Shown: in pieces, positions 37,802 through 46,458 of the stretch
Layout: each line of letters opens with the position of its first letter
Numbering within the stretch: position 1 is the first letter of the stretch
Virus record (IMG/VR): IMGVR_UViG_3300022751_000019
Span: 1-56,130 of that record
Source of the DNA: a virus
Lineage: Duplodnaviria; Caudoviricetes
Length of the DNA: 56,130 nt
Direction: 5' to 3' (one strand)
Notes under the pieces: generated by a model
What the model was told of the DNA's origin: nothing
The model's database searches: none
What the model saw: the letters and a program-made list of their open reading frames with translations, nothing else
Translations under genes and position numbers: made by a program

Positions 37802-38065
37802 TTAAAGGATTGATTTATTCAGATTTGTATAATAATCAGTTTTTATTAATTCGAGTAAATCTTCATGATACTTAATGCACTCTTGTTGGGTATCAAAGAA
37901 TTTATAAATAAAATAGAAAAGTTGTTCCCATGAGTCATTCCCTTTAACTAAATAAACAAATCCTAAATATTTGTCTTGTGGAAAACTTTGTTTAACTGGT
38001 TCAATTAATATTTTGTCAGGATAATTAATAGCTATCTTTTCGAGTAATTCTTTTGAAAGCTGCAT
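37802..38065 (-). CDS. Hypothetical protein
   Basis: 87 aa ORF. Confidence 0.6.
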   Translation of the reverse strand: MQLSKELLEKIAINYPDKILIEPVKQSFPQDKYLGFVYLVKGNDSWEQLFYFIYKFFDTQQECIKYHEDLLELIKTDYYTNLNKSIL

Positions 38066-38092
38066 GGCTATAATTTATAAATGTATGTTGTA

Positions 38093-38419
38093 TCAATCTT
38101 GTTCCCCAGTAATCATTATCCATCCGTCGTCTCTCTTCTTCCAGATAGTTGAATCTTCACACAAAGCGTAGATATTACCTCTTTTATCGTGAGAGATTGA
38201 CTTTATGTTAGTTAAGTTCTTTTTGAATGGCACCATTTGTGTATTCTTCTCTACCCAATCACGAGCTACAATAGAAAAGCCTATCATAAAACAAAGAAAA
38301 CACTCCGTTCCCTTCCCAGCATAGAAAAATAAAATTCCTGCAATCATTGCACACAATCCTATAATATTTATAATTCTTTCTGTAAAAGACAATGGCTCGG
38401 TTTTATCTTCTTCTTTCAT
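38093..38419 (-). CDS. Hypothetical membrane protein
   Basis: Two hydrophobic segments. Confidence 0.6.
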   Translation of the reverse strand: MKEEDKTEPLSFTERIINIIGLCAMIAGILFFYAGKGTECFLCFMIGFSIVARDWVEKNTQMVPFKKNLTNIKSISHDKRGNIYALCEDSTIWKKRDDGWIMITGEQD

Positions 38420-38436
38420 AGTATTAATACATTTGA

Positions 38437-38715
38437 CTAGATATTTATAAATTCAAGAGGTATTCTTTTTAGATAAATTCTCCAGATATGCCCTTCTGTT
38501 TCGGTGAAAAACTCTGACAATGCCTCGCCAATTATTCCCCTTTGTTTATCCTTTGCGTCTTGAAAGTCTTTTTCCCATCCCATCGGATTAATATCTTTCA
38601 TCGAAGGAAAGGCTACCATAATATGAATCTCCCATACCTGCTTGCCCTTTAATAAGTTTACCTTTGCGTGAGAAGGCAATGTCTCTCTAATTTTTTGAAT
38701 GTCTATTTGATGCAT
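38437..38715 (-). CDS. Hypothetical protein
   Basis: 92 aa ORF. Confidence 0.6.
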   Translation of the reverse strand: MHQIDIQKIRETLPSHAKVNLLKGKQVWEIHIMVAFPSMKDINPMGWEKDFQDAKDKQRGIIGEALSEFFTETEGHIWRIYLKRIPLEFINI

Positions 38716-38768
38716 GATTTTGGTTATTTAAGAAATTAATACATTTGATTGTCAAAAACTTGTTTTAT

Positions 38769-39065
38769 TTAAGTTAAGAGTGCAATACATTCACCCGTGA
38801 AATACATATTCAAATCTTGCCAGATAGAAAAGTTGTTCATCTTTTCACCTCTCCTGACTTTCTCGGCATTTTCAATGCTTCTATTCATAGAATTATCTTT
38901 TTCCTCTTCCGTAACGTGGCTTGCATATTCATTACTACTTCTTATATCTTTAGCATTTTGTATCATATCATCAGCAACTTTGTTTAAGCCGTCTTGCAGT
39001 CGCTTACCTGTTATTATTTCTCCCGTATGGGTTCGTAATGATATTTGTTCGGTTGATAATGGCAT
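38769..39065 (-). CDS. Hypothetical protein (start revised to 39065)
   Basis: MPLSTEQ start avoids overlap with the antirepressor gene. Confidence 0.65.
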   Translation of the reverse strand: MPLSTEQISLRTHTGEIITGKRLQDGLNKVADDMIQNAKDIRSSNEYASHVTEEEKDNSMNRSIENAEKVRRGEKMNNFSIWQDLNMYFTGECIALLT

Positions 39066-39069
39066 TGGA

Positions 39070-39831
39070 TTATGATTTAAGCTGTTTAATTGTATTTTCT
39101 TCTTCTCGTTGCTGAAACATATTGTTTTCATTAGACTTGTAAATAGGCGTAGATTCGAGTTTTGCCATATTCATAGCCAATTCTGCTAACTTCATACTTT
39201 GATTGCTTCCTGATGCCTCCAAGTAGTCCCAAATGCCATTTCTAAGAACCTCATACTTATTAATAAAGGCAAGTTTTTCTATTTGGGTAGTAGCCTTAGT
39301 AGATTTCTGATTTTCAATACAATATCTTTTAAGCCTCTCATTAATTTCCTCTTTGCCTAACCCTAATATCGCATTCCTAAATGTGTAAAACTCGGCAAAT
39401 GGATTTTTACTGTGACTTTTAGCAACATAAGTATCAAGATGCTTCTTTTGTATCTCTTGGCAATTAGATATGTACTTAAAAACCTCTTTCAGCTTCACCA
39501 AGTATAAAACTTGTTCATGGGTGAGTAAATCTTTGTTTTCTACCTTACGAACCATTTTCACTAATTCGTCTCTCAATTCTTCTCCTTTCTTTGACCTGCT
39601 AACCATACACAACTTCATGGCAAAATCAATGTGTATAAAATACTCTTGTCTAAATCTCCCGTGCTTGCTTTCAGTTGGCATTAATGCAAAGTAAGATTTC
39701 TCGTCGCAATAAGGATTATCAATTAATTCTCTTTTTATAAATCTTGAATAATCCCCTTTAGTTAGTTCTAGCTTATCGTATAGTTCGGTAGCCTTGACCG
39801 CTTGCCCTATCTTTGTGTCGTAGTTTTCCAT
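39070..39831 (-). CDS. AntA/AntB-type antirepressor
   Basis: V.ATELY..L, GR.RQEY.I..DFA..LCMV.RS.KG.E.R. Confidence 0.8.
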   Translation of the reverse strand: MENYDTKIGQAVKATELYDKLELTKGDYSRFIKRELIDNPYCDEKSYFALMPTESKHGRFRQEYFIHIDFAMKLCMVSRSKKGEELRDELVKMVRKVENKDLLTHEQVLYLVKLKEVFKYISNCQEIQKKHLDTYVAKSHSKNPFAEFYTFRNAILGLGKEEINERLKRYCIENQKSTKATTQIEKLAFINKYEVLRNGIWDYLEASGSNQSMKLAELAMNMAKLESTPIYKSNENNMFQQREEENTIKQLKS

Positions 39832-39835
39832 ACAA

Positions 39836-39843
39836 CAAAGTTA
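39836..39843 (-). promoter_or_regulatory. -7 promoter TAACTTTG immediately upstream of the antirepressor ATG
   Basis: CAAAGTTA lies 4 nt from the start codon. Confidence 0.6.
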
Positions 39844-39876
39844 TGTTATTTGTTTTAAATATGCAAGTAAATGAGC

Positions 39877-39911
39877 AAAAAAATAGTAGCCCCGAATATC
39901 AGAACTACTAT
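39877..39911 (-). terminator. Intrinsic terminator
   Basis: Minus strand ATAGTAGTTCTG-atat-TCGGGGCTACTAT then TTTTTT. Confidence 0.7.
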
Positions 39912-40243
39912 CCAAAATAACTTTTGCTGTGTTAATGTCTTTTGCCTGCTACTTGAAATCCCCTATGGCGTACGGGCCTCAGGTCTTTCTTTCACAGGGC
40001 TTACTATATACACAAAGTAAACAATGAAAGAGATTAAAAGCAAATTAAAAATTTATTAAGATTGCTTAAAGCATCAAACAAGGAATATCATTAGATAGTG
40101 CCTTGTATTTATTTGCGATATATTCAGAAAGTTCATGGCTTTCAGCATTAGAATCAATCATAGATTTAATATGTTCTCTTACTTTTTGAGCATCTTTTTT
40201 ACTTACTTTATAGAGAGTGCCTTCTATTATGATGTAGTTCATA

Positions 40244-40717
40244 TTAGATATAATTTACAGGTTTCCAACAAATAATTTGACCTTCAAATCCTTTAAACTT
40301 GTTGCTATTTGGAATAAACCAATTTATTAAATCCTCCCAATTTAACCCGTCATTTTCGGCCACACGGGTCACTCTTATCATACTCGCTTCAGTTTCCATG
40401 TCGTTTACAAAAATCTCACAAAATTCACTAATTTTAATATTCCACAACTGAACTACTTCTACTTCTGCAAATTCAACTTGTGGAGAATTGTAAGGCTTAT
40501 CACTCCAATATCTTAAAGAAGCCTTGTCGCCTACTTTCCATCTATTACCCTTTCTGATAGTGTGATTTTTAGGCCAAACTTTATCAGCAAATAATCTATC
40601 CATTTCTGGAGTGAGCTGCCCTAATGATTTTAGTATCTTTTCAACAAATAATGTTGATTGCCCTTTTCTGGGGTGATAGGCTGGGAAGAACCTTGAAACT
40701 GTTAATACTTTTGCCAT
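40244..40717 (-). CDS. ASCH/PUA-like domain protein
   Basis: KNHTIR...RWKVGD...L..W...PY, A.NDG. Confidence 0.7.
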   Translation of the reverse strand: MAKVLTVSRFFPAYHPRKGQSTLFVEKILKSLGQLTPEMDRLFADKVWPKNHTIRKGNRWKVGDKASLRYWSDKPYNSPQVEFAEVEVVQLWNIKISEFCEIFVNDMETEASMIRVTRVAENDGLNWEDLINWFIPNSNKFKGFEGQIICWKPVNYI

Positions 40718-40810
40718 AAAAAAATAACCGCCCCTACAAGTGCTAGCTTATAAAGACGGTATTTTGTTGTCGGTTAAGACAATATCGTTTTTGTTCCCTA
40801 GCATGAACAA
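40718..40810 (-). ncRNA. Structured leader/attenuator (hairpin plus terminator with complementary loops)
   Basis: 5' hairpin TTGTTC-ATGCTAGG-GAACAA; 14-bp terminator stem with loop CTAGCA; U-tract abuts ATG 40717. Confidence 0.65.
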
Positions 40811-40812
40811 GA

Positions 40813-40861
40813 CAAAGTTATGAAAAAGTAATTTACATTTACAAGAAATATTTTATATTTG
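40813..40861. promoter_or_regulatory. Divergent promoter pair
   Basis: TAACTTTG on - (40813-40820) and TATATTTG on + (40854-40861). Confidence 0.7.
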
Positions 40862-40878
40862 TCATAAATACAAAAGGC

Positions 40879-41196
40879 ATGGCAAAAAAGAATAAAAAAA
40901 TGGTTGAGATTTTCGAGGGAGTAGAAGTCCCTGCATTGGCATGGTTGGCTATTGCTATGATAGACGACGCCTTAGACACTATTTTTAAGCTGACCATGGG
41001 TGGAGAGATTGCCACTGGCAGAGTTCCTGTTATAGGCGGTACTGGTACACTTATTTTATTCGTACTAAGAAACTGGGGACATAAAATTAAAGAATGGAAA
41101 GCCAAGAACGACACCCCTAACAACTCAATCAACACTGTAATAACCGAAACCACCCCTAAGAAAGTAACGGAAACTAATATTACAGAGTCAATATGA
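40879..41196 (+). CDS. Membrane protein
   Basis: Two hydrophobic segments; follows the + promoter. Confidence 0.7.
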   Translation: MAKKNKKMVEIFEGVEVPALAWLAIAMIDDALDTIFKLTMGGEIATGRVPVIGGTGTLILFVLRNWGHKIKEWKAKNDTPNNSINTVITETTPKKVTETNITESI

Positions 41197-41648
41197 AAGT
41201 AGCTATAACCAAATTTTCGCACTGGGTTTTTAATAATTTCGATTCACTGGACGATTTACAAGACTTTTGTGCAATGCTTTTTTTTGTAATATTTGGGCAA
41301 ATTCCCATATTTACTTTTCTTCATAAGTATGGACTAAACACCGACTACGGTTTCTTTGCAGTTGGTGGACAGTGTTGTATTTACATAGCTAAGAAATTAT
41401 ATCCTAACTGGTTTCCCAAACAACCAGAATATAGTATCGGGTCTTGGCTGTCTAGATTCTTCGGTAATTGTGTATTAGCTTGGACTTTTGGGGTTTTTGC
41501 TACTGAGTATTTTTCTAAATATGTAGGAGAGTATAACCTTCAGATAGCTACGATTGCTCTAGGTGTGGGAGCTTTTTACGAAATGATATTAAAGCCCTTA
41601 GTTAAATATGCTTATAAGTTCAGTAAGCCAGATAGAGAATCAAATTAA
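41193..41648 (+). CDS. Four-TM membrane protein, holin candidate
   Basis: Multiple TMs with a basic C-terminus. Confidence 0.6.
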   Translation: MKVAITKFSHWVFNNFDSLDDLQDFCAMLFFVIFGQIPIFTFLHKYGLNTDYGFFAVGGQCCIYIAKKLYPNWFPKQPEYSIGSWLSRFFGNCVLAWTFGVFATEYFSKYVGEYNLQIATIALGVGAFYEMILKPLVKYAYKFSKPDRESN

Positions 41649-41673
41649 TTATTAACTATAAATCAATACAACA

Positions 41674-41790
41674 ATGGCAGTTAAACCGAATCCGAAACCA
41701 AAGCCGAGACCAGTTCCTAAACCTCCTGTAACTACTGAAGGAGACGACGACGAAGGAGCTCCGCATCCACCTAAGCCGAAAGTTCCATGA
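41674..41790 (+). CDS. Pro/Lys-rich micropeptide (38 aa, not in ORF track)
   Basis: MAVKPNPKPKPRPVPKPPVTTEGDDDEGAPHPPKPKVP; A-rich initiation context; ATGA overlap with the next gene. Confidence 0.7.
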   Translation: MAVKPNPKPKPRPVPKPPVTTEGDDDEGAPHPPKPKVP

Positions 41791-42158
41791 GAATCGCTTT
41801 AGGCTTATTTATTCTTTCATTTTTCATCTACATGGCAAACGTCTTATTTCTGGCGTTTGCCTACTATGATGACCCGAAGGGCTTGATGGCTACCATATCG
41901 TGGTGCTTAGACCATTTGTGGCAGTTTCTGTGGCAACCTTATGTATTCTTAAAGTACCGCAATCTACTTGTAAGAAATATTTTAGCTATCTGGTTTATTA
42001 CTGCTATTCTTCGATGCTTCTATACCTATACAGTAGCCTTTGGATACATCCCTTTAATCTCTGAATTTTACTCCTACGTCTTTATAAGTGTACTTTTCGG
42101 GTGTATTGGGGCTTACTGGTTAATAAATAGTATTTTAATTAGGAATAAAAATAAATAA
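41787..42158 (+). CDS. Polytopic membrane protein
   Basis: 123 aa, 3-4 TMs, aromatic-rich. Confidence 0.75.
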   Translation: MRIALGLFILSFFIYMANVLFLAFAYYDDPKGLMATISWCLDHLWQFLWQPYVFLKYRNLLVRNILAIWFITAILRCFYTYTVAFGYIPLISEFYSYVFISVLFGCIGAYWLINSILIRNKNK

Positions 42159-42188
42159 ATAATATTTTCGCCAAAACAACTTAAAAAC

Positions 42189-42509
42189 GTGGCGAGAATC
42201 GCTCTGAACTACCTTTTGCTGAGCATTTGGAAGTATATAGACTGCTTGGTGATTTTATGGATAAGTAAATTTATTCAGTTATTACAGGCACAATTAGCTA
42301 TCAATATTTCTGAGAGAAAAGAACTATTGATATTTATTATTATCTTAGCAGCAGCGATATTAAAACTCAATTCTAACTGGATAGCAAGAGATAAAGCTAA
42401 ACTGGATTTAGAGAGTCAAAAGACCAAGAATGATATTGAAAAAGAAGAATTAAGGGAGAAGAGAATTAAGAATGATATTTTAGAGCAAAGTAAGTTATCG
42501 GATAATTAG
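42189..42509 (+). CDS. Membrane protein with charged coiled-coil C-terminus (holin/antiholin candidate)
   Basis: TM segments followed by a K/E-rich tail; start uncertain. Confidence 0.55.
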   Translation: MARIALNYLLLSIWKYIDCLVILWISKFIQLLQAQLAINISERKELLIFIIILAAAILKLNSNWIARDKAKLDLESQKTKNDIEKEELREKRIKNDILEQSKLSDN

Positions 42510-42541
42510 GTTTTTTCATAGTATTTTAAGGGTTGGATTAG

Positions 42542-42574
42542 AAAGTCCTCTTTGTTATGAGAGGACTTTTTTTT
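42542..42574 (+). terminator. Intrinsic terminator closing the membrane operon
   Basis: AAAGTCCTCT-ttgttatg-AGAGGACTTT then TTTTT. Confidence 0.8.
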
Positions 42575-42576
42575 GT

Positions 42577-42924
42577 TTACTTATCCTCTATTAGTTCAAT
42601 ATCAGTAGCTGGATAGTAACTAACAGTAGACAATTCGTGATTAATTTTATTAATAATATCCGTAAAGTCTATTTTGCAAATAGCTAAATGAATTTCGTCG
42701 TGTTGCTCTGACTCCCAACCTCCTGATATGTATTCATATAGCCACTCTTTAAACTCTGACTTAGTGGGTGACGAAGGCGATTGTGGCTCTTTACTGCACA
42801 GTACCGGGTCGTTATCAAAATTTATATCTCCATCTGATAAATCATTAAGTGCCTGAAAGCCTAGTCCATCGTAAATATAATATTCGTAACCCTGTTCAAT
42901 TGCTTCTTTAACTGTTAATTCCAT
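42577..42924 (-). CDS. Hypothetical protein
   Basis: 115 aa ORF. Confidence 0.7.
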   Translation of the reverse strand: MELTVKEAIEQGYEYYIYDGLGFQALNDLSDGDINFDNDPVLCSKEPQSPSSPTKSEFKEWLYEYISGGWESEQHDEIHLAICKIDFTDIINKINHELSTVSYYPATDIELIEDK

Positions 42925-42959
42925 AGTTTTAAGGATTGTTTTAAATTGTGAAATAATTG

Positions 42960-43214
42960 TTATTTATCTATTAATTTAAGTATTTCTAAAAACTCTTGCT
43001 CATTCTTAGGTATAGGGATAATAAACCAGGGTAACCCATTGTTACCTAAAAATATTCTTTTAGTAAAAAATACAGTACCTGTACGAGACTCAGTTATAAT
43101 ATAACTATCAAAGTCTCCGTACCATCCCTCACCATTTACGGCAATATCATAATTCTGACCTTTCAGGTAGTCAGATACGAATTTCTTTGCTTGTTCTAAG
43201 TTTGCGGTTTTCAT
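42960..43214 (-). CDS. Hypothetical protein
   Basis: 84 aa ORF. Confidence 0.6.
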   Translation of the reverse strand: MKTANLEQAKKFVSDYLKGQNYDIAVNGEGWYGDFDSYIITESRTGTVFFTKRIFLGNNGLPWFIIPIPKNEQEFLEILKLIDK

Positions 43215-43328
43215 TTAGTTGTTAGGTTAAATAATCCTGATATTATACTTTGAGGCCTATTAAGACAATCAGCGATTTTTAATTGACTGAATCCTTTTCT
43301 TTTTAGCTGTTTAGCTAATCTCTTTTCG

Positions 43329-43622
43329 TCAGGTGTGAGTGGGTAGGGCTTCATTTTCTAGTATTTGGATTGCTTGTTTGAGTACATTAATCCTAGATTT
43401 TAAGTCATGGTATTTAAACCACCAAGAACTTGTAGTATACTTTCTACGACTTTCATATATACACCAAAGAGTATCAAGCTTCCAAAAGTTAGTGCCATTT
43501 TCGGCAAAGTATCTACAAAACCCATCACCTGTATGAAAAGGATAGCAAAAAGGTATAAATCTGCTAATTCTAAAATGCCTTAAAGCACGTTTATAGAATG
43601 CTAATTCCTGTTGCTTTGTCAT
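43329..43622 (-). CDS. Hypothetical protein
   Basis: 97 aa ORF. Confidence 0.6.
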   Translation of the reverse strand: MTKQQELAFYKRALRHFRISRFIPFCYPFHTGDGFCRYFAENGTNFWKLDTLWCIYESRRKYTTSSWWFKYHDLKSRINVLKQAIQILENEALPTHT

Positions 43623-43819
43623 CTTAGTAGACTTTTAAGGTCTGATATAAATCCGTCGATAGCTTTTAATTTTGCTTTTTCATTAATACACGGTTCTTCC
43701 ATACCTCTAATCTCATAGCTCTTTATTTTCAGCTGATGAAAGGTAATTTTCTTTTTATACTTTTCAATCAACCCATTTATTTTCTCTTCCATCATCTTAA
43801 TCATTAAAAAGGTTATCAA
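43619..43819 (-). CDS. Hypothetical protein
   Basis: 66 aa ORF; real start probably at MMEEK. Confidence 0.5.
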   Translation of the reverse strand: MITFLMIKMMEEKINGLIEKYKKKITFHQLKIKSYEIRGMEEPCINEKAKLKAIDGFISDLKSLLR

Positions 43820-44018
43820 ATATTTTTACATCATCAAAGCTTATTTCTTCTTTCAGTGTTACCGCATCATATCTTGTCTCAGATAGACGGTATACACTTA
43901 AATCAAAGGCATTTACTTCTTCATAATAGACTAGTGTAGCTACGAAATTATCGTATACTTTCTTAAAAGCCTTTCCTTTCTCTTTTGTAAAACCTAGTTC
44001 AGTTATTTTGTTTTCCAT
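43797..44018 (-). CDS. Hypothetical protein
   Basis: 73 aa ORF. Confidence 0.6.
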   Translation of the reverse strand: MENKITELGFTKEKGKAFKKVYDNFVATLVYYEEVNAFDLSVYRLSETRYDAVTLKEEISFDDVKIFDNLFND

Positions 44019-44021
44019 AGT

Positions 44022-44351
44022 TTATTGATTGAATGAGGTTAATAGTTCGATTAATTGGTCAAGTTGAGGTTTGGATAGGGACTTGGGCTTTAATTTGTCT
44101 ATTAAACTTGTAGCCTTGCTTCTTAAATTAAAAATAATTATCTCTTCTTTTATTTCCTCTGTTTCAAGATAATAGGAGGTATTGCCTCCATACTCACTAA
44201 AATGACTACCCCACCTGAGTTTGTTTACAATCTGTGTACCATCATCTAAAACAGCTCTAGTGTTTGTAAGCCTGACCACTTCACCATTTTTTACATAACC
44301 CCAATATCTATTGTGAGTATAAACCACATCCCCTACTTTTAATTTTTCCAT
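44022..44351 (-). CDS. Hypothetical protein (SH3/KOW-like N-terminus)
   Basis: LKVGDVVY...VVRLT.T. Confidence 0.65.
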   Translation of the reverse strand: MEKLKVGDVVYTHNRYWGYVKNGEVVRLTNTRAVLDDGTQIVNKLRWGSHFSEYGGNTSYYLETEEIKEEIIIFNLRSKATSLIDKLKPKSLSKPQLDQLIELLTSFNQ

Positions 44352-44362
44352 AGTTTTAATTA

Positions 44363-44716
44363 TTAAATATCTTGTAAAATATAATCAATATACCTGTTTT
44401 GCTCTCTTAAATCAGAGCCTCCGTTTTTAGACACAAAGTCAGTTACTAGTTCATTGTAATTGTGTAAGTGTTCTTTGTTTCTATACAAATCCTGAGCCGT
44501 TTCTTTAATTCCTGCGAGCCCCTTATCGTTTGTTTCTCTGGCTCTTTGCAGGTAATCTACACTAGGATTCATTTCTACGAGTTCTAAACATTTGCAGACA
44601 AAGAGATAAAAGTTCTTGGTTTTACTTCTCTTGCTCTTTTCGTGGTCGTGTCTACAATCATTAGCCTCTTTCAAAGCATCATGGACGATTTTTTTTAATT
44701 CATTTACTGTTTTCAT
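44363..44716 (-). CDS. Hypothetical protein
   Basis: 117 aa ORF. Confidence 0.65.
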   Translation of the reverse strand: MKTVNELKKIVHDALKEANDCRHDHEKSKRSKTKNFYLFVCKCLELVEMNPSVDYLQRARETNDKGLAGIKETAQDLYRNKEHLHNYNELVTDFVSKNGGSDLREQNRYIDYILQDI

Positions 44717-45083
44717 AAGGATTAATTGTTAGTGTATTGACATTGATTGCAAGACCATTGTTGACCAAATTAAATACGTCGTAATGATTTTTACAGAGCG
44801 TTTGAAATACCACTGTTGAACATTGTCCTGTGGACACATCTAAAACTAAATGTCCTATATCTTTGTATCCGTGTTCATTTGGTATTAATTCGTACAATGA
44901 ACGAAGAATAGGTTTGACATCTTCAATTGCTGCCGTTTCGCTATAATAATGATGCCCCCTACTCCTTGATAGATACATCATTCCAAGACGAGTAAGATTA
45001 CATATTTCCCAACTTGATTTATTATACTTTACTTGTAGCTTATAGGGCAAATACGCTGCGAGGTGTTGGATTTCTAGTTTCAT
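44700..45083 (-). CDS. Conserved Bacteroidota-phage hypothetical protein
   Basis: HLAAYLPY.L, KPILRSL, H.DVF.L...GLAI. Confidence 0.75.
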   Translation of the reverse strand: MKLEIQHLAAYLPYKLQVKYNKSSWEICNLTRLGMMYLSRSRGHHYYSETAAIEDVKPILRSLYELIPNEHGYKDIGHLVLDVSTGQCSTVVFQTLCKNHYDVFNLVNNGLAINVNTLTINPYENSK

Positions 45084-45100
45084 GATTGTTGGGGGAGGGG

Positions 45101-45316
45101 TTAAAATGGCATACTTTTTTTCAGTATCTCTTCTAAAAAGTTCATTGCATCAAAAAATGTATCAAACTCTTCACATTCTAAATTAATGTCAACAACTATC
45201 CAGACACCATCTGCTGTATAAATATCCTCTACAAAATCATAGCGTTCTTTAGCATCTATCAAAAGCACTGCAAAGTTTTCAGCGTTCGAGTCTTGAATTT
45301 GTTTTTTAGTTGGCAT
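45101..45316 (-). CDS. Hypothetical protein
   Basis: 71 aa ORF. Confidence 0.6.
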   Translation of the reverse strand: MPTKKQIQDSNAENFAVLLIDAKERYDFVEDIYTADGVWIVVDINLECEEFDTFFDAMNFLEEILKKSMPF

Positions 45317-45366
45317 AATATTGGTTGTTTAAATTGTTAAATTAATGTTAGTTGTGTGGGGGAGGG

Positions 45367-45897
45367 TTAATTAGTCTCCTTTGGTAAACGTGAACATATT
45401 TCTTCAAATGCATCGAAGATAACTAGTAGCCAATATTGGGTTTTCATTGCACAAGGAACGCTTTCAGCATCTAAATCTCTTGGAATATCACCATAAGCTT
45501 TAGATTTGTACCAAAACTCCCCTTCGTCTACAACTGAAAGTAATTCTTCGTAATATTCTTTATGTTCTTCGCTAATATCCTCTTCTAAAAGAAGTTCATT
45601 GATTTGTTTTGTGGTCAACTCAGGATTGAACTCGTCAGGTTCTTGTGAAGAACTTATTCTAAGTTTCTCTTTCCAATAACCACCGCTAACTGTTTCACCA
45701 GAATTAACAGGAATGAATTGTCTGCAAAATACCCAGTTTCCATAATCACCTGTTACGGTCATTATGCCTTGACAATTGATAAACTTAATATTATCAATAT
45801 TTGTATTTGGCTTTTTAAGGTGGTGAATTTTTACTAAATCATTTTCAATAATAAATAACTCGTGTTTGCTAAAGTCTAAACTGGTTCTCTTTTTCAT
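45367..45897 (-). CDS. Conserved phage hypothetical protein
   Basis: TVTGDYGNWVF...YW.EKL. Confidence 0.7.
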   Translation of the reverse strand: MKKRTSLDFSKHELFIIENDLVKIHHLKKPNTNIDNIKFINCQGIMTVTGDYGNWVFCRQFIPVNSGETVSGGYWKEKLRISSSQEPDEFNPELTTKQINELLLEEDISEEHKEYYEELLSVVDEGEFWYKSKAYGDIPRDLDAESVPCAMKTQYWLLVIFDAFEEICSRLPKETN

Positions 45898-45917
45898 TTT
45901 CTTAATCCGTTTATTTA

Positions 45918-46448
45918 TTATAAAATATTTAAAGATGGTAATAAAGTGTCAATATACTTACCGTGTAACTCTCTTGTATCCAACAAATTACCTTCCAAGT
46001 CTCTGTACATAAGTTTCTCTCTATCGTAAACCAAAAATCTGTGAATGTAATAATGGTCAGTCTTAGGAAGTTCAAAGCAATCTAAAATGTGTTCATCGTT
46101 ATAACTCCAGTGGTGAAAATGAGAATCAGAGAAAGTTCTTTTTAGTTTTTGTGTCGCCTTAGCTGCCCTGGCTTTCTCAGGGAACTTCTCGTAGAACTTA
46201 GACATATAGGCTTTCTTTCTATCTGAGCTAATTCTATTTTCACTGTACCCTAAACGGTAATACTTCTCTCTTCCCCTTACTCTTTCTTTTTCAATCCATT
46301 GAGGGTCTTTTCTTTTTTCAATAGTAAGAACCCTGACAGTTTCTTTTGTACATTCTTTGCATTTATTCAAATACCCATCAGCCATCATTCTATGAGGATA
46401 GAACTCTGATAGTTCTTTGATTTTCTGGCACTTAAAACATATTTTCAT
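45918..46448 (-). CDS. HNH-like endonuclease with N-terminal zinc finger
   Basis: CFKC...K.LSEFY...DG.LNKCKEC; HHWSY...H..IH. Confidence 0.65.
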   Translation of the reverse strand: MKICFKCQKIKELSEFYPHRMMADGYLNKCKECTKETVRVLTIEKRKDPQWIEKERVRGREKYYRLGYSENRISSDRKKAYMSKFYEKFPEKARAAKATQKLKRTFSDSHFHHWSYNDEHILDCFELPKTDHYYIHRFLVYDREKLMYRDLEGNLLDTRELHGKYIDTLLPSLNIL

Positions 46449-46458
46449 AGTAGTATAG

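Noticed and set aside
39940-40000. Hammerhead ribozyme or c-di-GMP riboswitch (CTGA, GAAA, GCAAA words)
   Set aside because: The CUGANGA core and required stem order are absent; kept only as a generic ncRNA candidate.
40839-41222. Antisense or shadow ORFs in the track (e.g. 40839..41222-, 48769..49206+, 3002..3232-, 12702..12974-, 38797..39075+)
   Set aside because: They lie opposite well-supported genes and have the composition expected of reverse-strand shadows.
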